A stretch of 64,000 nt of DNA, taken from positions 211,422,001 to 211,486,000 of the forward strand of contig NC_086097.1 in assembly GCF_963921235.1 (NCBI RefSeq), read 5' to 3'. Positions 50,150 to 63,247 of this stretch are shown here, piece after piece. The DNA comes from Mobula hypostoma (lineage: Eukaryota). Position 1 is the stretch's first letter. Each line of letters opens with the position of its first letter. Position numbers and translations under genes: made by a program. The notes under the pieces were generated by a model, which was given only the letters and a program-made list of their open reading frames with translations, did not search any database and had not been told where the DNA came from.

Positions 50150-50720
50150 GCAAAATTAGAAAAGTGTAAAGTTATCAATTTTGGTGTATGGAAGAGAAAA
50201 GCACAATGTGTTTTTAAATGATGGGAGATTGGGTAATATAAGTCTTCAATGAGATCCAGGTGTCCTTATACACGTCAGTGGAAGCCAGTGTGCAGGAGCA
50301 TCAAGCAATTGGGAGATTCAAGTGGTCTGATGGGCATTATTATAAAAAGGATTTGAAAACAGGAGTTAAAAATTTTGGTGAGACGGCACCAGGCACATTG
50401 TGTACAGTTTTATTCTCCTTATGAAAAATGGGATGAATTTGGCACAGCTGGTTACAGAGGGGGAAGGTTTGCTTTATGAGGAGAGATCGTGTAGACTGGG
50501 ACTGTATTCATTAGAATTTTGAAGAATGAGGTTGAACCTCACAAAATTCTCCGAGTTAGATGGGCTAGATGAAAGTTGGATGCTTCACCTGGTCAAGGAG
50601 TCCTGAACCAGGATCAGAATAAGAAGCATTCTAAACCAATATGGATAAAGTTCTAGATATTATAGAGTGAATGATCATGCAGGAAGATAGAACTGAGATG
50701 GAAGGTCAGCTATCATGCAT
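50150..50720 (+). mobile_element. Ancient CR1 3' fragment
   Basis: Degenerate LVRRHQAHCVQF and ctgtattcattagaattt..gaatgagg motifs. Confidence 0.55.
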
Positions 50721-51959
50721 ACTACTCCTGTTTGAGAAGAAATCATTTATGTTTCATTAAATTAGAAAGCAAAATCTTTGCTTTCAGCATATTTAGGTCT
50801 ATGTTTAAATGCAAGTTCTTACAGACATTCACGATTTTTTTTTGAAATTCTTCATGTGGAGCATTTTCAAAGTAACTGAATTGGTGTTCTAATTTTTGTC
50901 TTCAATTTCTAGGTATTTCCACTATTATTGTTGTCTGTAGAATAGTCAATGTGATCAGCTTCTGTAGTTAAGGAAATGAAGATTTGAGAAAGCTGCGGAA
51001 GAATGATATAGTATACTTATCTTTTCAATGCATCTTGTCATAAGTCATATATTACTCCTGAGCTTTTTATATACTAGCTTTTTAAAAATCATGTCATTTG
51101 CTACATTCAAATTAAAAAGAACCATCTGCTAAGCTCTTTCCATTTTTAGTCAGTACTGGAATTTCATAATATTCAGTTGTTTAGGATTGTTCATTTGTTT
51201 ATAACTGTGGCTGAATTTGTACCATATTATGGGAAAATGGTTTTATTTATAAAGCTTTTGAATATATTTTCCATTGTATAGTGTACCTTGTGCTGCTTTT
51301 TCATTGAGATCTTAAACTAAGGCTTCAAAAGCTCTCTTAGATGGATTTAAAAGGTAGCAATCTTTTGAATAAGGGAAATTCTCCCAGCCCCTGACCAATG
51401 CTTATTCTTTAACCAAAATTGTTCCTTTTTTTTATTCAAAACGAGCAATTATTATTTCATTGCTATTTGTGGGAACTCATTGTACACAGACCAGCTATGT
51501 TTCTTACACTTGTAACAACAATAACACTCAAAGTACTTATGTTTTTGTAAAAGCATTTTGGTGTTCTGAAATTTTGAAAGGTTTATAGAAGCTTTTTTTA
51601 TTGTCATAAAATTTTACAAGGGAAGAGCCTTTTTAAGAAAAGTTTGAATAAATTCAGCAACAGTGTGGGAGAATTTAACTGTTTACCATTGGAAAGATTT
51701 CAAAATTGATTTTTATATTGCAGCTCAAATTAAAAGCATGTAACCACATTGAATGTTACATTGATTCAATCTTGCATATTGCAAGGATATTTCTTGTGCT
51801 GAGTATTGCTGAATGCGCCATGTTATAATGTATAATTATCACGTGCACTGCTTCAAGTACACTTGGGTAACATTTTTATAGCTTGCAATATTAAAGATGA
51901 CATATTTAGAATATTCATTTTAAAATTTACAATAGCTTCATCATGAAAATATAAAAAAA

Positions 51960-52885
51960 ATCAAATCAGAATCGGGTTTATTATCACCGACATGTAGTGT
52001 GAAATTTGTTAACTTAGCAGTAGAGGTTCAATGCAATACATAATCTAGCAGAGAAAAAAATAAAATAATAATAAATAAACAAGTAAATCAATTACATGTA
52101 TTGAATAGATTTTTTTTTTAAAAAATGGAAAGACAGAAATACTGTATATTTTTTTTGAGAAGTGTGAGGTATTGTCCAAAGATTCAATGTCCATTTAGGA
52201 ATTGGATGGCAGAGGGGAAGAAGCTGTTCCTGAATCGCTGAGTGTGTACCTTCAGGCTTCTGTACCTCCTACCTGATGGTAACAGTGAGAAAAGGGCATG
52301 CCCTGGGTGCTGGAGGTCCTTAATAATGGACGCTGCCTTTCTGAGACACCGCTCCTTGAAGATGTCCTGGGTACTTTGTAGGCTAGTACCCAAGATGGAT
52401 CTGACTAGATTTACAACCTTCTGTAGCTTCTTTTAGTCCTGTGCAGTAGCCCCTCCATACCAGACAGTGATGCAACCTGTCAGAATGCTCTCCACAGTAA
52501 AACTATAGAAGTTTTAGAGTGGATTTGTTGACATGCCAAATCTCTTCAAACTCCTAATAAAGTATAGCCACTGTCTTGCCTTCTTTATGACTATATCACT
52601 ATGTTGGGACCAGGTTAGACCCTCAGAGATCTTGACACCGAGGAACTTGAAACTGCTCTCTATCTCCACTTCTGATCCCTCTATGAGGATTGGTATCTGG
52701 TCCTTCGTCTTACCTTTCCTGAAATCCACAATCAGCTCTTTCACCTTACTGACACTGAGTGCCAGGTTGTTGCTGCAGGACCACTCCACTAGTTGGCATA
52801 TCTCACTCCTGTACGCCCTCTTGTCACCACCTGAGATTCTACCAACAATGGTTGTATCGTCAGCAAATTTATAGATGGTATTTGA
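51960..52885 (-). mobile_element. Rex1/Babar LINE 3' part
   Basis: KFADDTT; WSCSNNLALSVSK.KELIVDFRK; FSLLPSGRRYRSL. Confidence 0.92.
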
Positions 52886-55837
52886 GCTGGATCTATCTCT
52901 TAATAGTCATAAACAGCTTGAATAAGTCAGTCCTTTGCACAAATTTGGAATAGAGTTAAGCAGTTTGAAATTTAATCAGGTTTCATCAGATCTCAGTAGT
53001 TGAGCACTGGGAGAACAGATCTGAAGAGAAATCGGTCTCTGAGCTGTTGGGTCTTTACAATCTCGTTTACAATTTCCAGACCAATTTGTGACCAGTCCTG
53101 TTCCGTTGCTTTGATAGGAGTGGTTGGTAAGAGTTTGTTCTCTGCATTGTGTTATATGAGTAAGTAGTATATAACTCTGCAATTCTCATTAATAAATTTT
53201 CAATAACATTGTTGATATTTCATCAGTGTTTATAGAACAGTACTTTTCTGATCATTGCTTCCTAAATATGCACATCCCATTTTAGATCCTTTAAAGAATG
53301 ATATGCTGATCGCTAAGCTTTGGTTAAAATAGGGCTTAAGTATGTAATAATATATTCCAGTATCTATGTCGGAGATATCCGAAGAATATTTGGTGTTCAA
53401 TTCTTACTGAAAGGTGGGGGTTGGGAAGAGATTACATGACAATCATTTATAAATTGAATCTGAAGTTCTCTCTACCTCAGAAGAAAGATAATGCATATCT
53501 GGAATATCTAATAGGATTACTATGGTGCAAATGGTAGGAAGTAACATGTTTGATTTACTTCTGCTGTTTGAGTTTCCTTGCCCCCGTCTGATGAAAGCAA
53601 AATCTCTGTTTGGCTTTTAGCCACCCACAGCCACCAAGTCCTTGGTAACCTGCTGTCACTTCAAGTTGGAATCTGCGATAAAAATGCTTCCTCCAAATTG
53701 CTTAACAGGGATGAGAGCTGCAAAGGACATGGTCAATCAGCAGTTTCACAGAAATGCTTTCTGTAGAGTGCTTTGATGCAAGTAGGAGCAGAAATAAGTA
53801 ATTCAGGCTGCTCTGCCATTCAGTATGACTCTGGGCCAATCATCGGCGTCAATTCCACATATTCATTCCCCCCCTTTACTACTTGTATAGAAATCCATAT
53901 GTCTGCTTCCTGGAATAGTACTCTGCAGCCCTTTTGTAGAAAATTCCACTCATCTCAATTCTACATCGCTTGCACTACAACCTGAAACCATGACCCCTTC
54001 TTCTAGATGCAGGGCAAACCTGCTCTCAGGTCCAGTGTGTGTAGTCTTTTCTGTTTCAAATAGGTCCACTCTTTCTTTAAAAGGCGATTCTGCCAGAGTT
54101 CCAATTTTCTGTAAATGTTCCAATGCTAAAGGAAGGCATTTCCATGAACATTTACTCTTTTTTTTAAGCAGTTGATTCAATCCAATCAATATCCATTGTT
54201 TTTTTCAGTGAGAATCTCTAAATTAGTTGTCTTTCTCAACGAGCTGATGGAATAACAGACTGCCTCATTTTTCTACATAGTTACTTGGAATTTTATTGTG
54301 TGAAATTCTTTTCAAAATTGTATAGAGGATTTGGCAAGGAAAATCTGTCCTTTGTGTTCTTTTTTATGCAGTTTTTATTTATACAGTTGATTTTTACTTG
54401 GGTAAAGAAGGCCCACAATGTCTTTGCTATTCTCTTTCACAATTTTTCTCAGTGAATACACTTTCTGCATGTCTCTCTTGTTTGCAACTTGATATAAAAC
54501 TAAAGATTTTAGATATTGAGAATAGTGTTATGTGTCAAGTTAACTGCAAGATCTTCATCGGTGTGATGACTTGTATAATACTGAAGAACAGAATTGTCAC
54601 ATTTTTGTTTCTTTGTCCTACCAAAGACTTTCTTACAATCCAGTAGGCTCATGATAGTTTTTTTCCAGTTTATGTGCTTTCTTGCAGTATGCTGTGGTAT
54701 TCTTGATTAAATATGCATTTGCAGACACCAACGACAGAAATGGCATCTATGTGCATGTGGAAGTTGGCCCCGAAGTGTTCAGTTGTTGTCAAAGGATAAT
54801 ATTTAAATGAAAAGGAGATAGTGAAGTTTGGACTTCAGGTTTTTGATTGTTAAATGACTTTCCACCATTTTGGGCTATTAAAAGGGAGCTTTTGGAAGGG
54901 CGGTGTGGTCAACTATTGCAGAAGCTGCTGAGAGGTCGAAGAGAGGTTTTAGCCTAAGCTGTGTTCCACAGTGTGATTAGCGCATGTACATGGTCTATCT
55001 GCTAAATATATTCAGCTGTAAGGGCCATAAGCTCTAAAATTCCCTCCTAAACCTTGCTGCCTTTTAATCTAATCCTTTTAAAGACCATATTTAAAACTCA
55101 TGATTTAACAGAGACTTTCTTGTGTGACCTAGTATCCTTAATTGATGTGTCTGATAACATTTCTACGGGACACCTTAGGATGTACATTATGATACTTAAA
55201 AATACTAATCCAAAAACTAAATGACAGTTAAATGCATTCATTCATTCCCACACAACATTTGATGATATGATCAATTTAATCTGGAAATTATGCAAACATT
55301 TTAAACTGCTTTTGCTTATAAGTATGTTCGGCCGAGATATAGCCATACAGCTGCATGCTGAAAAGACAACATACTATAGCTGTATCTAGAACAAATACCA
55401 GAATGTGCTTTATAACTAACCACCTAAGAAGTTGGTGTATAGAATAAGAACAAATGGGTTACAGGTAATATTGAAAATTGGTTGACAGACATGAAATAAT
55501 AGGTAGCATGGGTCTTTTACCAGGTAATATGCATAGCTTAGTGGGGCAGCAGGGAACAGTGCACCCACCTAGTATCGCCTAGTCCCATTTGATAACATGT
55601 GACCCATATCCCTCTCAATAGTATTGGTCCAGTGACTCCAATATGATTATAATTAAGTTATGTGAGTGGGCGCAAAAGAGTTACCTTCCCCATGCAGTAA
55701 GGCTGTTCAACAGCTCCACACCCCTCATCACCACTACTTTATAATTTCCTGTCAGTATCACCTTATGTACAGACACTGCTGTGCTTGGTGTCACCTTATG
55801 GTCAATCTTTGTACGTAAACTATCTTGTAGTTTATCT

Positions 55838-56293
55838 TGCGGCAGGCTGAGGGTAGCAGACACCAACAGAATCAACAAACTCATCCGTAAGGCCAGTGAT
55901 GTTGTGGGGATGGAACTGGACTCTCTCACGGTGGTGTCTGAAAAGAGGATGCTGTCCAAGTTGCATGCCATCTTGGTCAATGTCTCCCATCCACTACATA
56001 ATGGACTGGTTGGGCACAGGAGTACATTCAGCCAGAGACTCATTCCACCGAGATGCAACACAGAGCGTCATAGGAAGTCATTCCTGCCTGTGGCCATCAA
56101 ACTTTACAACTCCTCCCTTGGAGGGTCAGACACTCTGAGCCAATAGGCTGGTCCTGGACTTATTTCATAATTTACTGGCATAATTTACATATTACTATTT
56201 AACTATTTATGGTTCTATTACTATTTATTATTTATGGTGCAATTGTAATGAAAACCAATTTCCCCCGGGATCAATAAAGTATGACTATGACTA
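55838..56293 (+). mobile_element. Rex1/Babar LINE 3' end, nested in another Rex1 tail (about 55680-56430)
   Basis: NRINKLIRKAS...SHPLH...PRCNTERHRKSFLPVAIKLYN; AATAAA plus (tatgac)n. Confidence 0.85.
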
Positions 56294-56677
56294 TTGTATA
56301 TTTACATATATTTATTATTTATCCTGTTCTTCATCTTTTTTATTTGTGTGTATTGGATCTGGAGTAACAATTTTATTCTCCTTTACACTTTTGCGCTAGA
56401 AATGACATTAAGCAATCTTGAATCTTGACTCTTTCTTAAAGAGAAATGTCCCTGCTCAGTAGCTTCCGACAAGCTGCAACTTAATTATTGTACTCTTGGT
56501 TTCCCAGTCTGAACACTCGAAAGGTATGTACTCCCCATATTTCAGCCCAAGCTGTGTGTAAGGAAACTGGTAGGAAGACAACTTAAATCAATGACTTCAA
56601 TTTTTGACTCTCCCATTCTGGGGAAAATGACTTGCAATCATTCAAAGTTCAAAGTAAATTTATTATCAAAGTGCATA

Positions 56678-57698
56678 CAGTCGGCCCTCCTTATCAGCAG
56701 GGGATTGGTTCCGGGACCCCTCACGGATACCAAAAAACGCGGATGCCTAAGTCCCTTATTTAACCTGTCCAGTGCGGTGGACTTTAGGACCTGGCACAGC
56801 TCTGAATCTGCGGTGTTTCTGTTCAGGAAAATAATCACGATCACGATTGAAAATAAAGTGGAAGTAATAAAGCAATCGGAAAGAGGTGAAACGCCATCAG
56901 TCACTGGAAAGACGTTAGGCTACAGTCGGTCAACGATCGGAACAATTTTAATGGAGCATGTGAAAGGCCCTACCCCAATGAAAGCTATAAGCAACACAGT
57001 GGTCTAATTATTGAAATACATATATTTCTTAAGTGTTCTATATGCATAGAAAGTTAAAATATATACTATATACTAAGACAAACGTTTGACTAACTGACAC
57101 TAAATAATACCAGATGTATCTGTTCCAACTTCATATCCGACTTAAAGACGGACTCAGGAACGGAACTCGTTCATAACACGGGGACTGCCTGTACTCTTAA
57201 GTCATGTCTAGATTACTTATAATACCTAATACAATGTAAATGTTATATAAATAGTTATACTGTATTGTTTCGGGAATAATGACAAGAATAGTGGTGCATG
57301 GCCAAGTGGTTAAGGTGTTCGTCTAGTGATTTGAAGGTCGCTAGTTCAAGCCTTGGCTGAGGTAGTGGGTGTATCCTTGAGCAAGGCACTTAACCACACA
57401 TTGCTCTGTGACAACACCGGTGCCAAGCTGTATGGGTCCTAATGCCCTTCCCTTAGAAAACATCGGTGGAGTGGAGAGGGGAGACTTGCAGCATGGGCAA
57501 CTGCTGGTCTTCCATACAACCTTTCCGAGGCGCAAATCCATGGTCTCATGAGACTAAAGGATGCCTATATAAATGACAAGAAAAAATAGTTTGTACGTGC
57601 TCAAACAACGACTGCTGGAGAGAGATCTTCCAGGTTTTCCCGCTCCATGGTTGGTTGAATCCGCACATGCAGAACCCGCGGATAAGGAGGGCCGACTG
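56678..57698 (+). mobile_element. Tigger (pogo) non-autonomous DNA transposon with a CENP-B-type HTH remnant
   Basis: TIRs cagtcggccctccttatc; TA TSD; ITIENKVEVIKQSERGE...LGYSRSTIGTIL. Confidence 0.9.
57289..57571 (+). mobile_element. tRNA-derived SINE inserted in the Tigger element
   Basis: A box tggccaagtgg, B box agttcaagcc; flanking direct repeat aatgacaagaa. Confidence 0.8.
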
Positions 57699-59315
57699 TA
57701 TATGTCACCCTGAGATTATCAATATCCCCTCAGCCTCCTGTGCTTTGGCGTATCCAGACTCCCCTTGTAGCTCAAGCACTCCAGTCCTGATAACATCCTT
57801 GGTGAAAAATTTCCTGCCCCCTTTTGCAACGTAATAACATCCTTGGTGCTTACCAGTGCAGCTATTCTTGCCTGGGGAGGAACAGGGGGAATAACCTGCT
57901 TGAGCATGTGGAATAAAGGGTCAGGTCTGGATGGCCTACTCTTATTCCTATTTTGTATGTTTTTATTAAGCAAAACAAGATCAAGAACAGCTAAAATTGT
58001 GGTTGACCTGAAATTTCCACTCAGCTGTTTGGCTCACATATTGCTCCTCCCCCACTCCCCCCCCCCACTAAACCTGGAGAGGTTCCCCAATGTAAACTTC
58101 ATAAGCTACCTCTGAACTGATTTAGAAGCACTACAGAGAATGGCAATCACACTGAAAGGCTTCTGATTAAGCTACAGTCCCAGAATAAACTATAAAGAGA
58201 TCTTAAGTAAATAGATGCAAAAACTACTAGAAATTAAAAAGAAACATGCTATTATTTTTAAAGTCAGAACATGAAAGCAACTGAAAACACTTAAGTGCAA
58301 TAAAATTAATGAATGAATTGCAGTAAATTATCTTTTGCTACATTGTAGCTATCTCAGCTGGCACAGAACTAGCTGGCAGATTCCCTGATGTAAAATCTGC
58401 TGACGTTTGGCATCCTGCTGTTGAACTCCAATGAAAGCAGATTTTTACTGAGTACGTTGAGTACATCCACACTTGTTCTGTAATCATAAACCTCCTCCCT
58501 GCCACTGACATAAGTCAGTTCTTCCATGTGAATTACCATTTAACATAAATTTTGAAGGCCAACTTTTTTTTTAAAGAAGCATACACGCTGTGATCACTTT
58601 ATTAGCTACACCTGTGCACCTACTCATTAATGTAAATATCTTATTAACCAGTCACGTGGCACCAACTCAATGAATATAATCACGCAGGCATGGTTAAGAG
58701 GTTCAAATGTTGTTCAGACCAATCATCAGAATAGGGATGAAATAACTGACTTTGACCGTGAAATGATTGTTGGTATCAGATGGGGCGGTTTGAATATCTC
58801 AGAAACTGTTGATCTCTTGGGATTTTAACAGACAAAAGTCTAGAGTTTACAGAGACTGGAGTGAAAAAACAAAATAATTTTTTCCTCATTTCTTCAAAAT
58901 GGATATCCCTCTATTCTGAGGCTGTGCCCTCTGGTTAATGAATCCCCCCCTGTAGGAAAGGTCCTCTCCCCTCACCATAGGAAACGTCCTCTCCTCCCAC
59001 TATAGGAAACGTCCTCTATCTAAGCCTTTAAACATTCAATAGGTTTTGATGAGAAGCCCCCTCATTCTTCTAAACTACAGTGATTATAGGCCCAGAGTTA
59101 TCAAATGCTCCTCATATGTTAATCCTTTCATTCCCCTGGAACCTTCTCTGGACCCTCTCCAATGCCAGCACATCTTTTAAATAAGGAGCCCAAAAATTCT
59201 CACACTATTCCAAATGCAGCCTGACCAATACCTCATAAAGCCTTGGCATTACATCAACACACATCAAAGTTGCTGGTGAACGCAGCAGGCCAGGCAGCAT
59301 CTATAGGAAGAGGCG

Positions 59316-59353
59316 CAGTCGACGTTTCAGGCCGAGACCCTTCGTCAGGACTT
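59316..59353 (-). ncRNA. Minimal type I hammerhead ribozyme (mirror copy)
   Basis: The - strand reads agtc-CTGACGA-agggtctcggcct-GAAAC-GTC-gact. Confidence 0.75.
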
Positions 59354-59390
59354 AGTCCTGATGAAGGGTCTCGGCCTGAAACGTCGACTG
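59353..59390 (+). ncRNA. Minimal type I hammerhead ribozyme
   Basis: agtc-CTGATGA-a-gggtc-tc-ggcct-GAAAC-GTC-gact: helix I agtc/gact, helix II gggtc/ggcct, palindromic ACGT helix III; predicted cleavage after C59385. Confidence 0.8.
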
Positions 59391-62300
59391 CGCCTCTTCC
59401 TATAGATGCTGCCTGGCCTGCTGCATTCACCAGCAACTTTGATGTGTGTTGCTTGAATTTCCAGCATCTGCAGAATTCCTGTTGTTGGCATTACATCCTT
59501 GTTTTTGTATTCTAGTCTTCTCAAAATGAATGCTAACATTGCATTTGCTTTCCTTATCACCGACTCAACCTGCAAGTTAACCTTTAGGGAATCCTGCACC
59601 TTTGATTTTTGAATTGTGTCCCCATTTAGAAAATAGTCCATGCCTTTATTTCTTCTACCAAAGTGCATGACTATACACTTCCCAACACTGTATTCTATCT
59701 GCCACTTCTTCGACCATTCTCCTAAACTAAGTCCTTCTGCAAACACTCTGCTTCCTCAGCACAATCTGCCCCTCCATCTATCTTTGTATCGTCCGCAAAC
59801 ATGGTCCTAAAGCCATCAATTCCTACACCTAAATCATTGACATATAATGTGAAAAGTAAGTGTCCACGCTGACCCCTGCAGCACACCACTAGTCACCGGC
59901 AGTCAATCAGAAAAGGCTCCCTTTATTCTAACTCTGCCTCCTGCCAGTCGGCCTATCTTCTACCCATGCTGGTGTCTTTCTTGTAATGCCATGGGCTCTT
60001 ATCTTCTTAAGCAGCCTCGTGTGGCACCTTGTCAAAGATCTTCGAAGAATCCAAGTAGACAACATCCACTGACTCTTTTGTGTAGCTTGTCTGTTATTTC
60101 CACAAAATGGACATAGAAGCCACGAACACTATCTCATTACTTTTTTGTTCTTTCTGCGCTATTTCTTTAATATACTTTTAAAATATATATATGCATACTG
60201 TAAATTAGTTTTTTAGTATTGCAATGAATTGCTGCTGCATAACAAATTTCATGAAATTTGCCAGTGATATTAAATCTGGTTCTGAAAATATTCCAACTGA
60301 TTTGTCAGGGAAGGTTTCCGCTTAAGAAACCATGTGGACTTTGGCGCACTTTCTCGTGTCTCCAAGTACTCTGAAACCTCATCCTTAATGAAGGACATCT
60401 TTCCACCCATGGAAGTCAGGCTAACTGGCCTATAATTTCCCTTCTTCTGCTTTCCTCCCTTAAAGAGTGGAGTGACATTTACAATTTTCCAGTCCTCCAG
60501 AACCATTTCAGAACCTAATGATTCTTGAAAGATCATTAGTAGTGCCTCCACAATCTCTTCAGAACCCTGGGATGTAGTCCATTTGGTCCAGGTGACTTTT
60601 CAGCTTCTCAAGCAACTTTTCAGCAGTAGCAACGCTAGTCATTTCTGCTCCCAGATGCTCCCATTTCTGTAATTCCGCTAGTGTCTTCCATTGTGAAGAT
60701 TGACGCAAAATACTTAAGTTTGTCTGCCATTTCTTTGGCCCCATTACTCCAGTGTGATTTTCTCCAGTGGTTCAATATTCACTCTTGTCCCTTGTTTACT
60801 CTATGTATCTGAAAAAAGTTTTAGTATCCTCTTTCATATTATTGGCTAGCTTATTTTCATATGTTTCATCTTTATTTTCTTAAAGTAGCCTCCCGATTGT
60901 TTTTAAAACCTTGCAATTTTCTACCTTCCCACTAGTTTTTGCTATATTATACACCCTCTCTTTTGCTTTTAAGCTGGCTTCTCTTGTCGGTCACGTTTAC
61001 CTCATCCTCTCTTTAGAATTCTTCTTCATTTTTTGGATGTATCTTTCCTGTGCCTTTTGAATTACACCCAGAAACTCCAGCTATTGCTGTTTTGCTGTCA
61101 TCCCTGTTAGTGTCCCCTTCCAATCAACTTTGACCAGCTTCTCTCTCATGCTTCTGTAATTCCTTTTACTGCACTGTAATACTGATGCATCTGATTTAAG
61201 CTTCTCCTTCTCAAAGTGCAGGGTAAATTCTAGCATATTATGATCGTTGACTCCTAAGGGTTCCTTTACCCTAAACTTCCTAATCAAATCAGGGTCACTA
61301 CATAACACCCAATCTGGAATAGCTAGCTGTTCCCTAGTGAGCTTAGCCACAAGCTGTTCTAAAAAACCATCACTTAGGCATTGTACAAACTCCCTCTTTT
61401 GGAATCCAGCACCAACCTGATTTTCCAAATGTACCTGCTTATTCACATTACATCATTATTCCATGCCTGTTCAATCTCCCATTGTAACGTGTAGTCCACA
61501 TTCTGGCTACTGTTCAGAGGTCATGAGCTACAACAGTGGTGTGCAGAAGAGCATCTCTGAACACACAACATTTTGAATCCTGTTGAAGTGGGTGGGCTAC
61601 AGCAGCAGATGACCACAAATATACTGCATAGTGGCCACTTTATTTGGTCCATGAGGTACTGGATAAAGTAGCCATTGAGTGTATATTCTTGCTTTGTGAT
61701 GATCTGTTCAGGGAACGAGAGGTAAATGGTTCTGTCTGTTTTATTTTTTTCTAACTCGCTGAATTGCGGGATTGATAATGAAGTATGTGTTTTCCAGAAC
61801 AGTGGAACAGTATTTTTTCTATCATGTGATTAGGATGATTAAGTTTTTGTTTTAGACATGCATGCCGTTTCACTAATTATAAATGTGCTCTTACCTGGAT
61901 TTTAACAAATTAATTTTGCTGGGACATCATGCTGCTGGAGGATTTTTCGTTCAAACATAAATTAAAAAGAATTTCTCTAATAACAGTATTTTAATTGTAG
62001 CTGGAGGTCGGGGGAGGGTGGTCTTGGGGGAGGAGCGGAAGAGGTCTTCCATTCTATAAGATCATGTTTTACCTCTGTCATTTTCACATTAAATAATGAT
62101 CCTTCTCAAAGTAATTTTCAATGAAGAATCTATTCTTTCAATATTCGAGAGCTTATGCTAATGCAGATTTAAATATTATGTATAGTTTATTATTTTCTGT
62201 ATTCCCAAATATTGAGCAAAATAATTTGGACTTCCTGCCCAGTAAGTAATCTCTTACTTCAAGTTGACCCTTGACTTCATCTAAGAAAGCATAATTGTAA

Positions 62301-62567
62301 ACTGTAGTTTACCTGTATTTTTAAGGAATGAGGTCTTTCTCAGAACTTTCTAGAGTCCAAGAGAGTCTGTTCCTGCTCAGCATCTGAAGTACGGCTGAAA
62401 TATTATGTATGGAAACGCTGGAGCTAGAATTTGTCTCCCTTGATAATGTTCCAACTGGGCATAAATAGACTTTCAACCTGGGGTATTGTAATGCACTAGA
62501 TGCATGTTTCTGCATCTATTTATGCATCAGATGCATCAGTTGTGTTCAGATCAAATTATAAGGAAGG

Positions 62568-62703
62568 CAAACACGAGGAAATCTGCAGATGCTGGAAATT
62601 CAAGCAACTCACACAAAAATTGCTGGTGAACGCAGCAGGCCAGGCAGCATCTATAGGAAGACGTACAGTTGACGTTTTGGGCTGAGACCCTTCGTCAGAA
62701 CTT
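62568..62703 (-). mobile_element. Penelope-derived pLTR unit with a mutated hammerhead (GAAA to AAAA)
   Basis: Same family as 59256-59484; the - strand reads ctgacgaagggtctcagcccaaaacgtc. Confidence 0.85.
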
Positions 62704-63003
62704 TGATTACCTTGTAACCAAACAGCAATCACAAGGGCCACAGGGCTACTGCTGTTGGGAAATAAACAGTGAATTTAGGTTTCACACTTGTAAGTTTGGG
62801 AGAGGCAATGGAGGTTTGATATTGTGCATTTTAACTATTGGAAGTTCACCTCCCAGCGATGATATCCTCTCAACCACAAAAGTTGAATTTTTTTTCTTTT
62901 ACCGTGGCCAGCAGTAATTCTTTACAGCGAAAATCATAAAATGTTTAAAAATTTCAGCAGATCAAGTAGCATCTCTGCGGTAAGAAACAAGGTTAACAGT
63001 TTA

Positions 63004-63195
63004 CAAACAAGCGAAAATCTGCAGATGCTGGAAATCCAAGCAACACGTACAAAATGCTGGAGGAACTCAGCAGGCCAGGTCGATCTATGAGTCGATCATA
63101 GAGTCGGCGTTTCGGGTTAAGACCTTTCAACAGTCCTGTTTATGCTCTCTATAGATGCTACCTGGCCTGACTTCCTCCAGTATTTTGTGTGAATT
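63004..63195. mobile_element. Penelope-derived palindromic unit, degenerate
   Basis: aaatctgcagatgctgg...aggaactcagcaggccagg followed by its reverse complement, with deletions. Confidence 0.8.
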
Positions 63196-63247
63196 GAATT
63201 GAATTTATTGCTTGCATCCTTCATATACACGAGTAAAAATTTTTACA

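Larger units (their letters stand above)
59256..59484. mobile_element. Penelope-derived palindromic mini-insertion
   Basis: 98 bp inverted arms (59255-59352 and 59354-59451, 2 mismatches); 13 bp TSD ttggcattacatc at 59243-59255 and 59485-59497. Confidence 0.92.
58885..61520 (-). mobile_element. CR1 LINE ORF2 (APE-RT), degenerate
   Basis: ORFs 61081-61446, 60270-60551 (WKIVNVTPLFK..NYRPVSLTS) and 59345-59746. Confidence 0.9.
58582..61683. mobile_element. Non-autonomous Tc1-like element split by a CR1 insertion
   Basis: Degenerate TIRs (cactttattagctacacc and ataaagtagccattgagtgta); internal sequence matches 46305-47302. Confidence 0.65.

Noticed and set aside
53578..54189. Cluster of short ORFs
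   Set aside because: No recognisable domain; part resembles a very old CR1 3' end on the - strand.
56498..56530. 16 nt micro-exon (cccag|...aag|gtatgt)
   Set aside because: Splice-like motifs alone are insufficient without transcript data.
58962..59020. Three repeats of about 25 bp (taggaaa.gtcctct) as a CRISPR-like array
   Set aside because: A local tandem duplication inside a CR1 with no unique spacers, in a eukaryotic context.
59243..59515. Near-identical ORFs on both strands (59243-59515 + and 59254-59436 -)
   Set aside because: An artefact of the DNA palindrome, not proteins.
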